Positions 35,516 to 49,900 are shown, counted from the whole stretch's first letter. The stretch: DNA of 60,387 nucleotides, filler included, from Catajapyx aquilonaris (GCA_000934665.2; 2 parts of 2 records of this genome joined end to end with filler, not necessarily neighbours in it), one strand, 5' to 3'. Notes: generated from the sequence alone by a model not told the origin. Translations and numbers: made by a program.

Positions 35516-38500
35516 ACATAGCTGGACCTACAAATATGATTGTATGTGAGTCTCTAAAATATTCAAAGTTTCATCATGACATCATCCAATATTAAAGAGT
35601 AGGGCAAATACTTTTAAACCTATTTCATATAATTATTAATAATTTTACACCTGAACTGATTGCCAGCACTGGAAGAAGTTTGACGCACATGGGTGCCTCC
35701 ACCGGATTTCAGCAAGTTTCAGGCCAAAGCAATCTTTTGAAATAATTGCACCCTCCCGCAGTTTTACCCCTAATCGGGCCGCATTTACATGAAACCTGTC
35801 GTAATTTGGTCTCCCCCCCCCCCTTACCTGACAGGTAACCCGGACGCAATTAGGTAATCTGTGCGCGATACCAGCCGGATGGGAGTAAAGACCGAGCTGG
35901 CTGTGCAATGATCCGTCGTGCCTATGTAGTGATGACCATGGGAGAAGTGCTAGTTGTGCCTAGGAGGGGGGGTTATATACATGGGGGGTGGTGGCAAGAG
36001 TTGAGGATCCTGGGAGTGAAGGACCCTGGAGGGGAGGGGAGGGGATGGTGGGGAACTTGTTGGATGGTTGCCGGCGCCAAATGTCGGCTGACCAGCAGAG
36101 TGAGTCACGGCAACGATCGTGATATGCTGCCAAGTCTCCTGCCTCCATCTCCTGCAGGAAAGAATTAATATATTTTATGGAAAATAATGTGGATGAAGAC
36201 AATTTTTACAAATCGTCAGAACATTAGATATTCCTAGCGTCCTATATATAGGACAGTGTACAAATTTGTTTATAAGCAGAATTTTTTAAATTTAAATAAA
36301 TAATTCGGGCATATCTGGGTTAATGTATCATTTCTGAGTGGACATAGCCTGGGGTGGGATAACCCATGGTTTTTGACTCATGTCTTCCACCCCTCGAGCC
36401 ATAAGAACCGGGGCTCCCCGATTGAGATTTATAAATTAAGTTAGCGACTGTTGACTGAAGGAATGAAGCCGGTGCCTCCGATGCGATGCCACGTTCGAGT
36501 GGCCAAAAGCGATACTTGGGTCGAAGCAAAGTGGCGGTTACGTGAAGCGAACGTAACGTGACCGCGACCACACAGATGGGTATTAAATTGGCATGAAATG
36601 AGCAGTTGATTAAATTATGGTGTAGACTGTAAGAAGTTAGGGAAATTGTTTCACAAATATGTTTGGCAGGCCCTGCACATATCCACAAATATTTTTTGGG
36701 GGGCGCAGGTGGGAGAGGGCATCCCGTTACGCCCTTTGCCCCAAGGGCAGGGGCAGGGGGCGTAACGGTTGTTCCTGACTATATCACGGAACAATGAAGT
36801 AATAGAGAATTACAAGAGCTGATGAAAGCTGACAATTATTATTACTGCCTGTATTGAAAGCTTCTTGAGAACATCAGTGGGCGTACCCACAATTGGTTAG
36901 ACCTGTCAGATGTGAAGAATGACTCCTCCGTATAATTTCCGGGTGCGTGAATATGGCGCACACACCTATGTGTGTCTCACCTGTTGATATTGACCTTTTC
37001 CCTTCCCTGGGGTGGTGGCGCCGGAATGTGTTTCGCTCCGGCCAGTGAAGACGTCAAAGGCGATAAATCAGTCCGGGAAAAGGTTGGTTGGGGCAGAGTA
37101 TGTTAAAAACCGGTCTGGTTGCTGCTACTTCTTGACCCCCGTTGGGTCACCGACCCTTTCCTTCGAATAGCCTCTGGCTCCTTCAAGGACGTTACCTTGA
37201 GAACTCATCTTCTCACCTAGGCCAGGTGGCAGCTGGCTGTAAATGGGGAAGATTGTATCAAGGATGCTGGCTAGGCATGTTGTATAAGTCATTGACACCA
37301 AGTATGGTCAATCGCTGCGACGAAATCTTAGGGAGAGATACGGTGTGTTACTTTGTGATTGTTCGGGCCAGGTAATTGGACAGCGACAACCTTTTAAATT
37401 CAGAGTTTACAGGCGACATTTATTAGGGGCAAACTGACCATTAGAGTACGGTATATATTGGGCACAATGGTGGTCGTGAACCTGTTACAAAAGTGCAAAA
37501 AAATGTGACTAAACAAGACATTTTCTACGCAACTACTGCGAAAGGAAAATAGCAGCTATTTTAATAGCTGGTGCCATATATGATGAAGGTAGGACCCCGC
37601 TTACATTTTTGGGGGTTGAAAATACATAATTCATAGCTTTCCTCGAAACTTCGGACAGCAAGCAGCTGAACAAAATGTCAGTCATCAAGTGTCCAACGCC
37701 CTTTATTCTTGTTGATGACCTGCAGCCCATGGAGTGGAGTCGCGCCCAAAAAGCCCCGCATAATCATCTCAAGGCTGGAATAAAAAATAAAAAAAGAATC
37801 GGGCATATATGACAGACGCTCCCAGGCAGCACAGGCAATAGGCAACAAACCTTATGCATATGCCGCACAAAAATTTTATATGCAGGACAAGGTTTTCCTG
37901 GGCGAGGGCTTTTTGGGCTTGGCCAGGTGAGTTACGGACAATATGTGACAAAGGAGGGGTTTCCATCAAAATTTCAACAAAAAGATACCGTTGCGACATT
38001 TTGCACAAATTAAAATCATTCGTTGTGAGGCGCCTGCGCAGATGCAGCGCCTCGGGTGGGTGGGAGGAGGAACTATCAACATATGAAGATTTATGAAATT
38101 GTCAGATTTTATAGTGTGCATCAAAAAGTGTCATCTTGACTGCCCATTCCGGCTTGGCACCCAGGGACATCCAGGTCAAAAGTGTGCCCATCACATTACC
38201 ATGAAGCGTACCTGGAGGGCATTGGCATCATCCGAAATCCGGGATGGAGAAAACGTCCGCATAATGTGCCGATTTGTAAATTTTGGCCTGTCCACCGTGA
38301 TTTACCTACGCATCCGGGAACTGGACACAAGGAAGGGCAAGGCCGTTGTTTGTAGGCGGGGCATATTCACAAAAAAATGGGCACAAAAATGGGCATAAAA
38401 AAACAAAGGCTTGTTAATCCTTGCCCCTTGTCTGTGTCCTTAGGGGGTCCCCGCCTGGCTCTTGTGGCTAAGGCTACTGGTTCTTAGCGAGTTTATGGGA

Positions 38501-39054
38501 CCCCCTGTTGTTCGTAGCTCGTTTTCCTCCCCCGCCACTTTCTTTTTGGCGACTTTTTTTTTTTCCTTTTCTGCGAGCGTTTTTCTCGCTTGGTCTCTTC
38601 CGTTGGAACGGATCGTTTGACCCGAGCCACCGTGGTCTCTCCCATTCGCGTTCCACGCGGGGGGGCCGGGCTTCGATTCTCATCGGACCCACTTTGCAGG
38701 CCATTTACACGCCTTTAAGGATGCGTTTTTGTGGTCCCGGGGGCGCGTTTCCAACTCGGGGACCCCCAAACTTGGCTCAGGAATAGGATAAGGATGGGGA
38801 AAAAAAGGACTTGAAGAGTAATGTGTAAGCAGGGCGCAAAATTGATACCGTAATTAACCGGGTGCATAAGGCTGGGTTTTGAGGGGGAGGGGAAAACTAG
38901 GAGTCATAACTACTCTTGTAGGGAAAAAAATAATTTACACAATATGCCAGGTTTCTCCACAGTAAAGATTAATATTTGAAGATATGAAATAATAGAACGG
39001 CATTTAATTTTGTGTCGTTTGATTGGTTTGATTTATTTGCACCATTTTGTAGTA

Positions 39055-39387
39055 CAGGGTGACTATAATGTCTGGACACATGTGTAATGAAATTATATTG
39101 TTGGTTGACAATTGATATCCTGGTAACCAGCAATATAATATTATTACCTATATGTTGGTTTATAGGTTTATTTTCACAAGTTGTAATAATTACAACTTGT
39201 GAAAATAAACCTATAAACCATTATAGACGTAAGCTAACCCAACATATGAACTAATAATTATTATTAGTTCATATGTTGGGTTAGCTTACGTCTCCCTTCA
39301 TCGCTGACTACCCCTCATAGGGAAATGTCGGGATGTTGTTGTTGTTGATGATGATGATCTATGTGTTCAGACTTTAGAGTCACCCTG
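39055..39387. mobile_element. Tc1/mariner-type MITE with TA TSD, containing two perfect palindromes
   Basis: 27-bp TIRs CAGGGTGACT.TAA.GTCTG.ACACAT (3 mismatches), with TA at 39053-39054 and 39388-39389. Confidence 0.82.
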
Positions 39388-40849
39388 TATTTGAATTTGC
39401 ATATTTTATATACATAATTGTTGTAATTTTTATTTTATTGGTTTTTGTCTTTGTTATTTTTTCGTAGCTATTATAATTATATTACTTTCATTTTTATTAT
39501 GCGCAATTACTGTGTTTATGTTATTCTTACTATAATTTAATGTTATAATTTTTTGTTTTTTGTCATTTTAAATATCCCGATCGCCAAAAAAGTCATTCTT
39601 TACAATAAAAGTCCTTTAAAATGTCAATATTTCTCGCAAATGAAGAAATATGTATATCTAATACTTTTTCTAGAAGACAAACTAAAAGCATATATGATAA
39701 GTGTCATTATTTTGATGACGTAGCGATAAAACATAATACACTCTGTACAGTAGTTCATTAAAAACCTACTATTAGCTAATTTTTATGGTATCTAGGACCA
39801 TTTTCCGATTATCCGGCGACACCCGTATGCAGTCATTAGACCGGATAATCGGGAATATACAGTGTATTTAATATGGAGTCTGTTGACAGTAATTTTTAAT
39901 ATTTAATTTCATTTATTATGTGCTTTTTCTTTAATAATATTCGCATTACGCTATTATTGCTTCAAGTGCGAAATAATTTGGCACCATTTGATATTCAATC
40001 TATACCCATAAAATAACACCAGAACCGGGTCGTGGCAAAAAGGCGGAGTCAGTTGAGCTGATCAATCTTCCAGGTGTCACTCGGAATGTGGGTGTGTCTC
40101 CCTCTGTAGTCGACGTCACGGTTGTAAACGGAAGGTGTGGAGGACAGGTGGAATAATCCCCGGGTAATCCTGTTCAACGCAACACTGCTGGGGTTGGTCA
40201 TTTGCGCTCTTTTTACCACGATTAGCGGATTAGCAAAACATGTTCATCGAAAAATCAAGGAGTGAAAGTTGCGCACTGGGACTTCCTGCACCAAGCGAAT
40301 AATATTGCTGTCAATCTAGATATCAGGGGCGTACATGCATAGGGCAGGCTATTATAATATTGAAGGCCAGTTGTGACAAGTCCAACTGACTGTTTACATC
40401 GGTCTACTTACATGTATCGCGGCGGATAAAACGCAACGTTTTTTCGGCCGCGTTTTAAGATTGTTCCATTTTTGTAAGGTGTTTATGGAGTGTGTCTAGC
40501 AGCTGATGACTAGTCAGTGCCAATCTGGAGATTTTTGGCGGGGAACCAGGGTAAGGAAGGCCGTCGACATTGGTCGACCCCCGCCGCCGGTGGGGAGATT
40601 CTTGGCTGACCTTCTGGAGGCTTGACCACGGCCTTGGTGGTTCCTGTTGAGGCGCGTCCAAGGAGCACTGTTGGCAACCCTTGTCTTCAACACGTGAGGA
40701 GGAAGCGGTTCGATGGAAAAACGGGGGCTGTCATCGGATCGTTTCTCATTTGCCACTCAGGTCGCTCGTTTCCTACTAGTCGTAAAGGATTAAGATATCG
40801 AAAATATTGTATCAATATGGGAATGATACTCGAAATATTTGCGAAATCC

Positions 40850-41490
40850 AGTGTAGATAATAAGCTCCCTGAATAATGTGCTGTTTAAACTCAAATATCG
40901 ATAATACACTGTTTGAAATTGAATGTCGATAAGCTGTCAGAATTAAATATCGACGTCATCGATACTAATGTCTAAAATCAAATATTGATAATAAACTATA
41001 ATATCGATATTGAACTGTTTGGCGTTGAATATCGATAATCATCTGTCTAAATTCGAATATCAATATGGAAGTGTCTGGTGTTGAACATCGATATTGAACT
41101 GTATGGTGTTGAAAGTTGAATACCAATAATCAGCTGTCTAAATTCGAATATTGATAATGAACTCTCTGATATTAATATCGACATTGAATTGTCTGGTGTT
41201 GAATATAGATAATCAGCTATCTAAATTCGAGTATCGATATTGATTGTCTGGTGTTGAATATCGATAATCAGCTATCTAAATTCGAGTATCGATATTGATT
41301 GTCTGATGTTGAATATCGATAATCAGCTGTCTAAATTCGAGTATCGATAATTATCTGGCTAGAATTGAGGATGGATGATTTGTCTACAAGCGAATATCGA
41401 TAAGCTGCCTAAAATCGCAAATGCGATAAATCGATTGCTGAATCAGGCACACGATATTTCGATATATCGATTGCAGATTATGATATATCG
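40850..41490. repeat. Degenerate minisatellite (~27-28-bp subunits, ~55-bp higher-order unit) rich in TATCGATA
   Basis: Unit ttgaatatcgataatcagct.tctaaattcgagtatcgatattgattgtctggtg is nearly perfect over 41190-41350 and degenerate outside that span. Confidence 0.85.
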
Positions 41491-43213
41491 CAATGTGTAC
41501 CGGTCCTTATTGGCCCTCCGGAGGATTCTGTACTTTGGGAAACACTAGGGTAGCTCCCGGATTCGCTTCTTTAAGTCTTTTCCTGGCGCCGGATGCCAGT
41601 TGTCGCTTGTTGCGATTCTTTTCTTGCCGAGCCGCCACCTCCTGCTGAGAGACATTTCCGACTAATTTTTTTACACCCGTGTTCGCATTTCTCTTCAGAA
41701 ACCAGATTGCGATCAGGTCCTATAGATACCAGCGCCCTCTTTTTTTTCCTTCTCTCTGTCTCTCCTAATAGTCTGGCGGATTAGAGACAGCTTGTGCGTC
41801 TTGGAGGCCTTGTTACCAATGTTGCAACGCCGGTTTCGCAAGGGGTTTATTTTGGCATTGAGGCCCCAGGTGGGAGATTGATGCGTTACGTTTGCATCTG
41901 CTGGGTTTACGTCTAGGCCTGTCTGTCTGTGTACGCAGGGCCGGAACCAGCAGGGATTTCATGGAGAGTATTTCAAGAGCAGGGAGTCAAGAGATGGCGG
42001 CAGGGTTTCGGTTCTGGTTTTCTACCGGGTGGTCACACCGTAACACGAAATGTCTTCGGAGGACGTAGGAAGATCTCTGCGCTAGTGTGGGTTTTCTCCC
42101 TGACCTGAGACCATCTTGTCGTTGGTGTTTCAACCACAACGACGTGCGAACCCAAATGACCCGAGATGGCCCATAGCGGGTTCGAAGAAGCAGAAGAAGT
42201 AGACGTGACAATTACTGAAGAAGAGGAAGTGTGTCTTAATGGACGCAGAGACTCGGAAGAATCAGAAGAAGCTGCTGAAGGCCCTGCTGACCCACTGGGC
42301 AGAACTTTTGGCGGAGGCTGCAGTCGATGCTTGAGTTGGACGGCGTCGTTGTACAGCTGCCAGTCGACGGCACTAGGGTTTTTTCTCCTCTCGACTGATC
42401 CAAAGCAGCACTCTTTTCTTCTTCTGGCTTCTTCTTCCACGTTGGAAGACCAAGTTGGCAAGGGCCTTCTGGCACGCCAGATTGGCCAAGGCGATCCTTT
42501 CGGGCGCGGAATTGACCCGCCTTTGCCAATGTTTGCCCCCTTTGTTTGTGTACATTTCGGCGAGCAGGAATTCCCCGACTGCTGCCATACAGACACCTGG
42601 AGGTCATGCTCCTTTCTGGCTGACGGTGTACATCCTGAACCTGTGCCGAGACAAACCGGGGAGAAACCAATCGGGGGCACCCCAAGATGCCGAATAGTGT
42701 GACGATACTAATCAAACAATACTACTGGCATCATTCAGTTTGTCGCCATCCTAGTTGAGTGTTTCCGGCCGAACTTGCTTCTACAGAGGAAATCAACAAA
42801 TCCTCCTACAGACTAGCGATAGATAACCTATATATAGAGAATCGATACTGCCATATCCGCGATTGGTTTCTTCCCTCGAGCGGCAACCAGCGAAGGACGA
42901 CCGAATATCTTCCGGGCGGGTGGACACAGGCGACAGCGCGCCTTAGCCATCGGGGGGGAAGAGCCTTAATGGGCAAACAAACACTGCATCGTTAGTCGAG
43001 GCGGAAAATTAGTGTAATGGTATCGACCTCCCTTCTTTCTGGGTGGGGGGGATTCTCCGACACGGGGGGGAGGAGTTTGGGGGCATCTTCATTCCGGAGA
43101 AAGCCATTGACTTTCAAATCGGAAGGCGCGATCCATTCCGCCGGATCGGACTGCATTGCAGGCGCTGCCAGCTAGGAACCGAAGAGCGGACACACTCCAT
43201 CATAATGCGATCG

Positions 43214-43950
43214 CACCCTTGAAAAAAAAATCGCTGATTGGATATAATTGCTCGCTTTCCCCGTGAGCGAGCGATATTTGCGATGGAAAAATCGCCGAGT
43301 GGGCAAATCGCTCGTTAATAGTGGAAAATAGCTCCTTTCCCTATGAGCGAGCGATAGTTGCGATAGAAAATCGCAAGCGAGGGGAAGAAATTGCTGATTG
43401 GGAAAAATCTCTCGCTATCAGTTGAAAATCGCTCACTATCCCCGTGAGCGAGCTATTTTACACTACTAGCGAGCTATATTTGCGATGGAAAATTGTTGAT
43501 TGGGAAAAATCGCTTGTTAGCAGGGGCAAATCGCTCGATTTCCCCGTGAGCGAGCTATTTTCCATTGCTGGCGAGCGATATTTGCGATGAAAAATAGCCA
43601 GCGAGGGAAATAAACTGCCGATTGGACAAAAATCGCTCACTAGAAATGGAAAATCGCTCGCTTTCCCCGTGAGCGAGCGATTTTCCACGGCTAGCGAAAT
43701 ATATTTGCGATGGAAAAATCTCTGACTTGGAGAATCGCTCGCTAGCAGGGGGAAATCGCTTGCCCGTGGGAACAGTGGGCGATTTTACACGGCTAGCGAG
43801 CTATATTTGCGATGGAAAAATTGCTACTTTGGAAAATCGCTCGCTAGCAGGGGAAATCTCTCGCCTGTTGGAAAAGCGAGCCATTTTCCACTGCTAGGGA
43901 GTGATTATCCTATATCAGCGATTTTTCCATCGCAAGAATTTCTCAAGGAC
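43214..43950. repeat. Hairpin-rich tandem repeat block, possibly a MITE with internal repeats
   Basis: Repeated aaatcgctcgctttccccgtgagcgagcgat and atttgcgatggaaaaatcg motifs. The ends are roughly inverted (ccttgaaaaa..aaaatcgctgat / atcagcgatttt..tttctcaagg). Confidence 0.75.
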
Positions 43951-46900
43951 TTGACGCAGTGCGTTTTCACCGTTTGGAAAACTTCTGGAGTCGGACCGAA
44001 GACGCGGCGACGACGCTTGTTCTCGCTTTTATGGCGGGTGTATGCAGAGCGGCGATGGCTGTAAATTCGGCGGCTAACGCGTGTCATCGGAGGCGAGAGG
44101 AAAGTTAGGGGGGTCGTGGAAGGAGAGTAGGAGGAGAGGGTGATGGAGAGCCTCCTTTTATTGCCCCCAGCGTTATAAACGGATATATACTCCATCCCAG
44201 GGAATGTCCGCCCAATTGCGAATTTATAGCGGCGGAGATTAACGCGGCCGATTTCAGAGGGGGGAGGGGGGGGGGACGCAAAAATCGCTGGCCTTCTCTA
44301 CTTGTCGCAGCTTACCGGCGTAACTGGAATGTTTCATTTATTGGGTCCATTTTTCTTTTTATCTCCACCTTGTGCTACTGGTTGGCACACACACACCTAC
44401 ACACATGGAGTGACACCGTTGGAACCCTGATGATTGATAATTAAATGGCGAATCCGGTCCGATTACTTTCACCTCGTAAGAACCAACTAATATTGCTATT
44501 CCGGTCCCATCGTAGTTTTAATGCAGTCAAGGAAACTCTGCTCTCATTTCTAATGTACCATGCGAAATATTTTTGCGGACTATTGATAGTATCACGTATG
44601 CATATCACGTGTCTCTTTAACGATTTAACATGAGGTCGAAAATGGCCCGGTCAAATTGCTCGGAAGGTGTTGATCCTTTTACAGTTATCGCCATAAGTTG
44701 CTGGTTTTATGGTGCCCTGTTGACAGTCAGTATAGATGGTGTAAGAGGTTACTTTCATTATTTCCACACAATATGATGGTAGCGATTTTTTAAATGGGAA
44801 GGTCGCACAATATTTGTGAATATTTTTAAACAGTTATATTGGTGACATATAGTCCTAAAATTAAGACAAGGTCGCTTGGTACATCCATGGTGAAAATCGA
44901 GTTTGTCGGATGCTTCCGGTGGTGTCCTCGCCAGCGGCATTGGATGACTTGGACCTCTCTCTTTCACCCTACCATCGCCATTTTTTTTCCTGTCTTTTCC
45001 CTTTACCAGCCACCTACCTCCTCTGGCAGTAAAAGCTGCAGAAACTTGATTACGGCGTGGCTAATATCTGGATCACGTTCGGGGGCCTCAAGAAGGATCG
45101 ATCCATCATTCTTCTTTTCGCTGACCGAACTGGTCCCCCCACTTTGACTTCGCTACCCTCAGGGAGAAGGTTGGGTTCAGTGTGGTGGTGGTGAGGGAGG
45201 ACCTCTTTGATGCGAATATTTTGGAACCCAGGAACATGCTTTCACTTGTTTCGACAGCTTCCGTTCACAGGCGTGGAAGAGTATTGATATAGATGATGGA
45301 CATTGGTTGCTGGCTAAGGCGACACCATATAGGACAGGTTGGGTCAGGTAATATTATTGTAACGAAAATATAATTTTCAACGTAAATATTAGTAGTGGAA
45401 ATAATCACAGAAAATTGTCGAATTTTTTCTACAGATTTCACCAATTACATAATAATAATCACACACTATCATAGCAACTCATTTCGATATCATCACTCGT
45501 CTGATATATCGAAATGTCCATGTTGGTCAGTTTGCTTCAGAAAAAGGAGTTGACCCCCCCTCTTAGATGATTTGACCTGACTGGCTCTTTTTTTTCTTTT
45601 TTTTTTAGGCCTAACATGCCTTGCTGAGGAAAGTAATAGGCGCTTCAGAGGAGGCGACCGGCCTAATGAACTGGGGCGAGGTTCCATCGTGCGTGGGGAG
45701 ACTTTTTTCATGGGTGCGGGTTAGGGGGGCGAAAAAAAAAGCCTAAAAAGAGAGAGGGTATGGTAGAGAATCGTGAGTTTGATCAGGATGAGCCGGAACT
45801 GCTCAAAATGTTGAATGGTTGCATCGATAGTATTGACTGGATGGTTTTACTGGCATAAACTAAAATTTTGTATATAATTTCGTGCCCCCCAAAAATTCGT
45901 CCGATTCCGGTATGTACGATAGGCGATAGTGTCCATACCTGCTCCAGGACATACATAATTTCTCAGCCTCATTGTGCTAATTAATTGGGTGTGGAAGCGG
46001 GTTTGTGACTTCCGTATCCGCAAGGTCGTTCAATGGGGAAGTCAGAGGAATGCAAGAGGTTGGTCTACCGGTAGTAATCGGGTTAATGATGGCGCATGTC
46101 GTCGACAACAACACTGTGGCGCCGATAGTAAAAATTTTCAAATTGAAACAAAAAAAGTGCCAAACCTTCAGAATCCAGGAACAAGGTTCCATTCGGGAGG
46201 AAGAACTGGAGGATTGGCCGGTGTTACACGGTAACCGGTCCGGCATGCGAGATGAGTCGAAAAAGAGTAAAGGGATCCATTCACTTGATCTGACCAAATG
46301 GTGGACCTTGGACCACCTCGGGCCAGACTCACTTGTTTCTTTTTTTTGTGACCATCAAGGGAGGAACCTTGAGTGTCCTTGGAGGTTATTCACACGCCCT
46401 GAAGCATCAGTAGCCCAATATGTGGATCGTCTGACCAGTAGCCATATGAGGAGATATGTGTGAAAAAATATTACGTCAACTCTTTGTACGTACGTAGTAC
46501 GTATAAGGATGTGACATTTCCAATACACGTGAAATAAACGAACGAATTGCTGTATATTGTACGGGCATACTGACCTTTTGCTTCAGATGATCCAAACACA
46601 AGATACATGAGAAAAGGCTTTCTTTTGTCGTGGCCTAAGTGGAAAAGAAATGTAGCTTCCGAAGCATCGATAGGTTCCGTTTAATTTGGACCGGCTACAA
46701 CAGCTTTGGACCCTGGCCAGTTGCGATGCTCTTGGGAAAGTAATGACCAAAAAGACATTGAAGTTACAACTGGTAATAACAGTCTTGACATGGCTGGTAG
46801 ACGTAGTAAAGAAGTTCGTATTTTCTACGCGGCAATGTATGAATGGGCGTTTTATTTCACTTCCAATGGACTCTTCGGACATGGAAGTATATATAGGACT

Positions 46901-49900
46901 GCATTCGCCGAAATTGACCCGTTGTTGCGACAACTTGCATATATAGCCAAATATTTTTCTTATGCTATACGGCAGACCCTCGTTTTCTTGTTTCCAGAAA
47001 AGGGCTGGAAAGAAGGGAAAGTAGACGGTGTAAATCAGCCTGGGATGTCAGCCCTTTGTAATCCGTTTTGCATTAGGTTCCTTTTAGGGGCTTATTACGA
47101 GAAGGGCGGGGGTCTCTGGAGTACAAAAAATAAGTAGGTTGAAAGCGAATCCACTGAACTTGCCACAGGTAAATCGCTAAACATGCTTACTGGACAAGAG
47201 ATGGCGCTAGTGGCGTCACAGCGCCCTCTAGCGCCCAAATCGCCAACTAAATCCATGTCCACAATAATACTATAAATATTACTGAATCTTCACACTCTTT
47301 CTGCATAAGTCGACAGGGTTGAGAATGAAAAGACGGCATGTACTGTAATCATATCGTTTGGCACTCGTTCAGGCCTGGTTGATTGCCTCCGTGTACGAAA
47401 AGTGGCAGCAAAAAAATAGCGGCAGTGCTGTAATACTCCGGTCCATTACCCGCCCGTCAATAGCTCCTCTTCGGAAGCGGAAATATCGGCTAACCCGACG
47501 GGGATATTCTGCCACCCTCCCCGGCTCCCTCTCTCCCTCGTCCGCCTCTCCCTATGACACTGAGAGTAGTGTGTGTAATTTATACGGGGGGGTCAAATAT
47601 AGCCCGTAACCTGCATTTTAAAATTGCGGGGGGTTTAAACGCATACTATGAGCGTATGTACTTTTTGAGCTATTTGAGTTGGCTTTCCACATTTATGCGG
47701 ACTTGCAGTTAAGTTAGAATTTTGTGCACTTTAAAAATATTTTGAGTGATTTTTGACTCAATTTGAGTAGTTTTACGACGAATTTTTTTTGGTAAAAACG
47801 CCCAAACTGCTAATACTTGGAATCGAAATTTTCTCAGATATTTTGAGGCCTGCTTTGGCATATTTTGAGTTGTTAATTTTACTCGATATTAAAATTATTT
47901 TGGATTTAATCTGATAGCAATTTTGAGCAAATACTGATTTGAACGCCAGTTAAGGGGAAAATATCTGATTGTGCTTGATGATATTTTGTCATAATGTCAT
48001 TTGATACAACCGGACCTACGTGGGCTCTGAATTTTCTCCCATAAATCAGTGAAAATCGGTAAAATTTTAGAGTAAATCAGAAGACCGAATATTGCCGATT
48101 ACAAATGCAGTTATACACACCCCCCACATCAATGGTCCCCACAATAACTCCTCCCCCACATGTTATGCGGTGGTTGGTGTGATTGGCTTTCGGACTGACT
48201 GCGACACATCAAAAAACAGTAGGTATTGATTTTTATTAAGCCGCACATTGCTGTATACACGATGTACTGCGTCAACAAGGATAACAAAGCCAGAATATGT
48301 GGAACCCGATGTCATTTGAATTTTGTGTGTGTGTGTGTCACCATTCGCGAAAAATGTATTCGCGACGGTTGTTTGTCCGCAACATTTAATTTACTAGGCG
48401 GTGATATTTTGGGAACAGATGAGGTTTAGTATTTTTGCACGACTATTTATAAGAGAAGCAGGTATAGGCTGGAACCATGTAGGTTTTTTTGGAGGTGACA
48501 GGTGAGAGGTGGGGATGTCTATGTTGCCTCTTGCGTCAGTGGTTGGTTTATTCTCAACTTGGGGAAGTTACTTTGGGGGGTACTGCGATTTATGTTAAGG
48601 GTCATTTTATATCCAGGATGGAGTTAAGGAGGCTATTAATCAGCTCTGGTTCAGGTTTGATGGAGAGTTTTGGCTGTGGGAGAGAAATGGCGGTGATATT
48701 TTGCGTCAGACTATTAGGTTGTAGATTATAACTTGAATTTTTACAGCTAATCAAATTATGCATGGAATGTTTAAAATGCAGGTAAAAATTAAACTGCTAT
48801 AGTAACAGCGGGGGTATAAAAAAATTTAAAAATTATGAGTTACCTCTACTCGCAATGGCTGGCATTTGCTATAGTATTAAAGCAAAATTATTATAATTAA
48901 TTGTGTAACATCGGTGATGTATATTTTGCAGCGTGTTCACATGTACACAATAAATAGTAAATGCGTACTACTGTTGTGTATTTCTGGTCTAAATCAGTGG
49001 TTGAGGCGCAGAATCACCAAAAGAACAGCAAGAATATTGTGAACCCCACCACTGGTATTTAATTGCTTGAAACACGTAAAACAATGAGAATTAATCACAG
49101 GATATTCTCTAAGCGTGCGTTATAGTGTTGAAATTATTGCGTAATGAATACATGCGGCCTACGTACAATTATGGTATGCACTCTTCATATATAAGCGCAT
49201 CGGGGATTTAGTCTCGATATGCCCATATTGGACTGTTTTTATTATGGACCTTGTCCCCATGAATGTGTCAAGTTTGTCAACCGCCGTAGTTTCGCAGATC
49301 ATCGTCCAACTCTAAATAGGGCAGGTGTCCAACTTTTCAAGGTGGGGGTCAAAACCTACACATTGAGTCCAGCTAGCAAACAAAACGGTACATTGTCACT
49401 CATTCGACACTGACCTTTTCCATCCTACTTATTACAGCATTTTAATTGTTTTTAAATATTTTATTTTATCAATTTGAAACGGCCGTGTTTGGGATTAAAA
49501 TTGTGTACTCGAAACGCAATAATTTGCTTTTTAAAGTTGATTTTATAAATTAAAGTAGCAGGGTTCTTAGCACGGTGATTGATAAATGAATGTGCCACAA
49601 TTGCCCCCAGATGAGACACCAGACACCATAAAAAGCAAAATAAATAAATAAAATCTAAATTTTGAGTATTTAGACTTTTAAAAATTGCAGTTTCGAATTT
49701 TCCTCTCAATCATCACCACGTAAACCATCAGTGTGTGAAGTCTCAGCACTCTCAGTAGTCCGAAAAGTGGGTTAGGTAGCCCGGACATAAATACCAACAA
49801 ACGTTCTGCTTTATATATCATATTTACTCAGGTGCTATTATTTCTGAGAATCATCCTAATGAATGTTTTTTCACAAATATTTTTTTTTAAATACTTTGAA

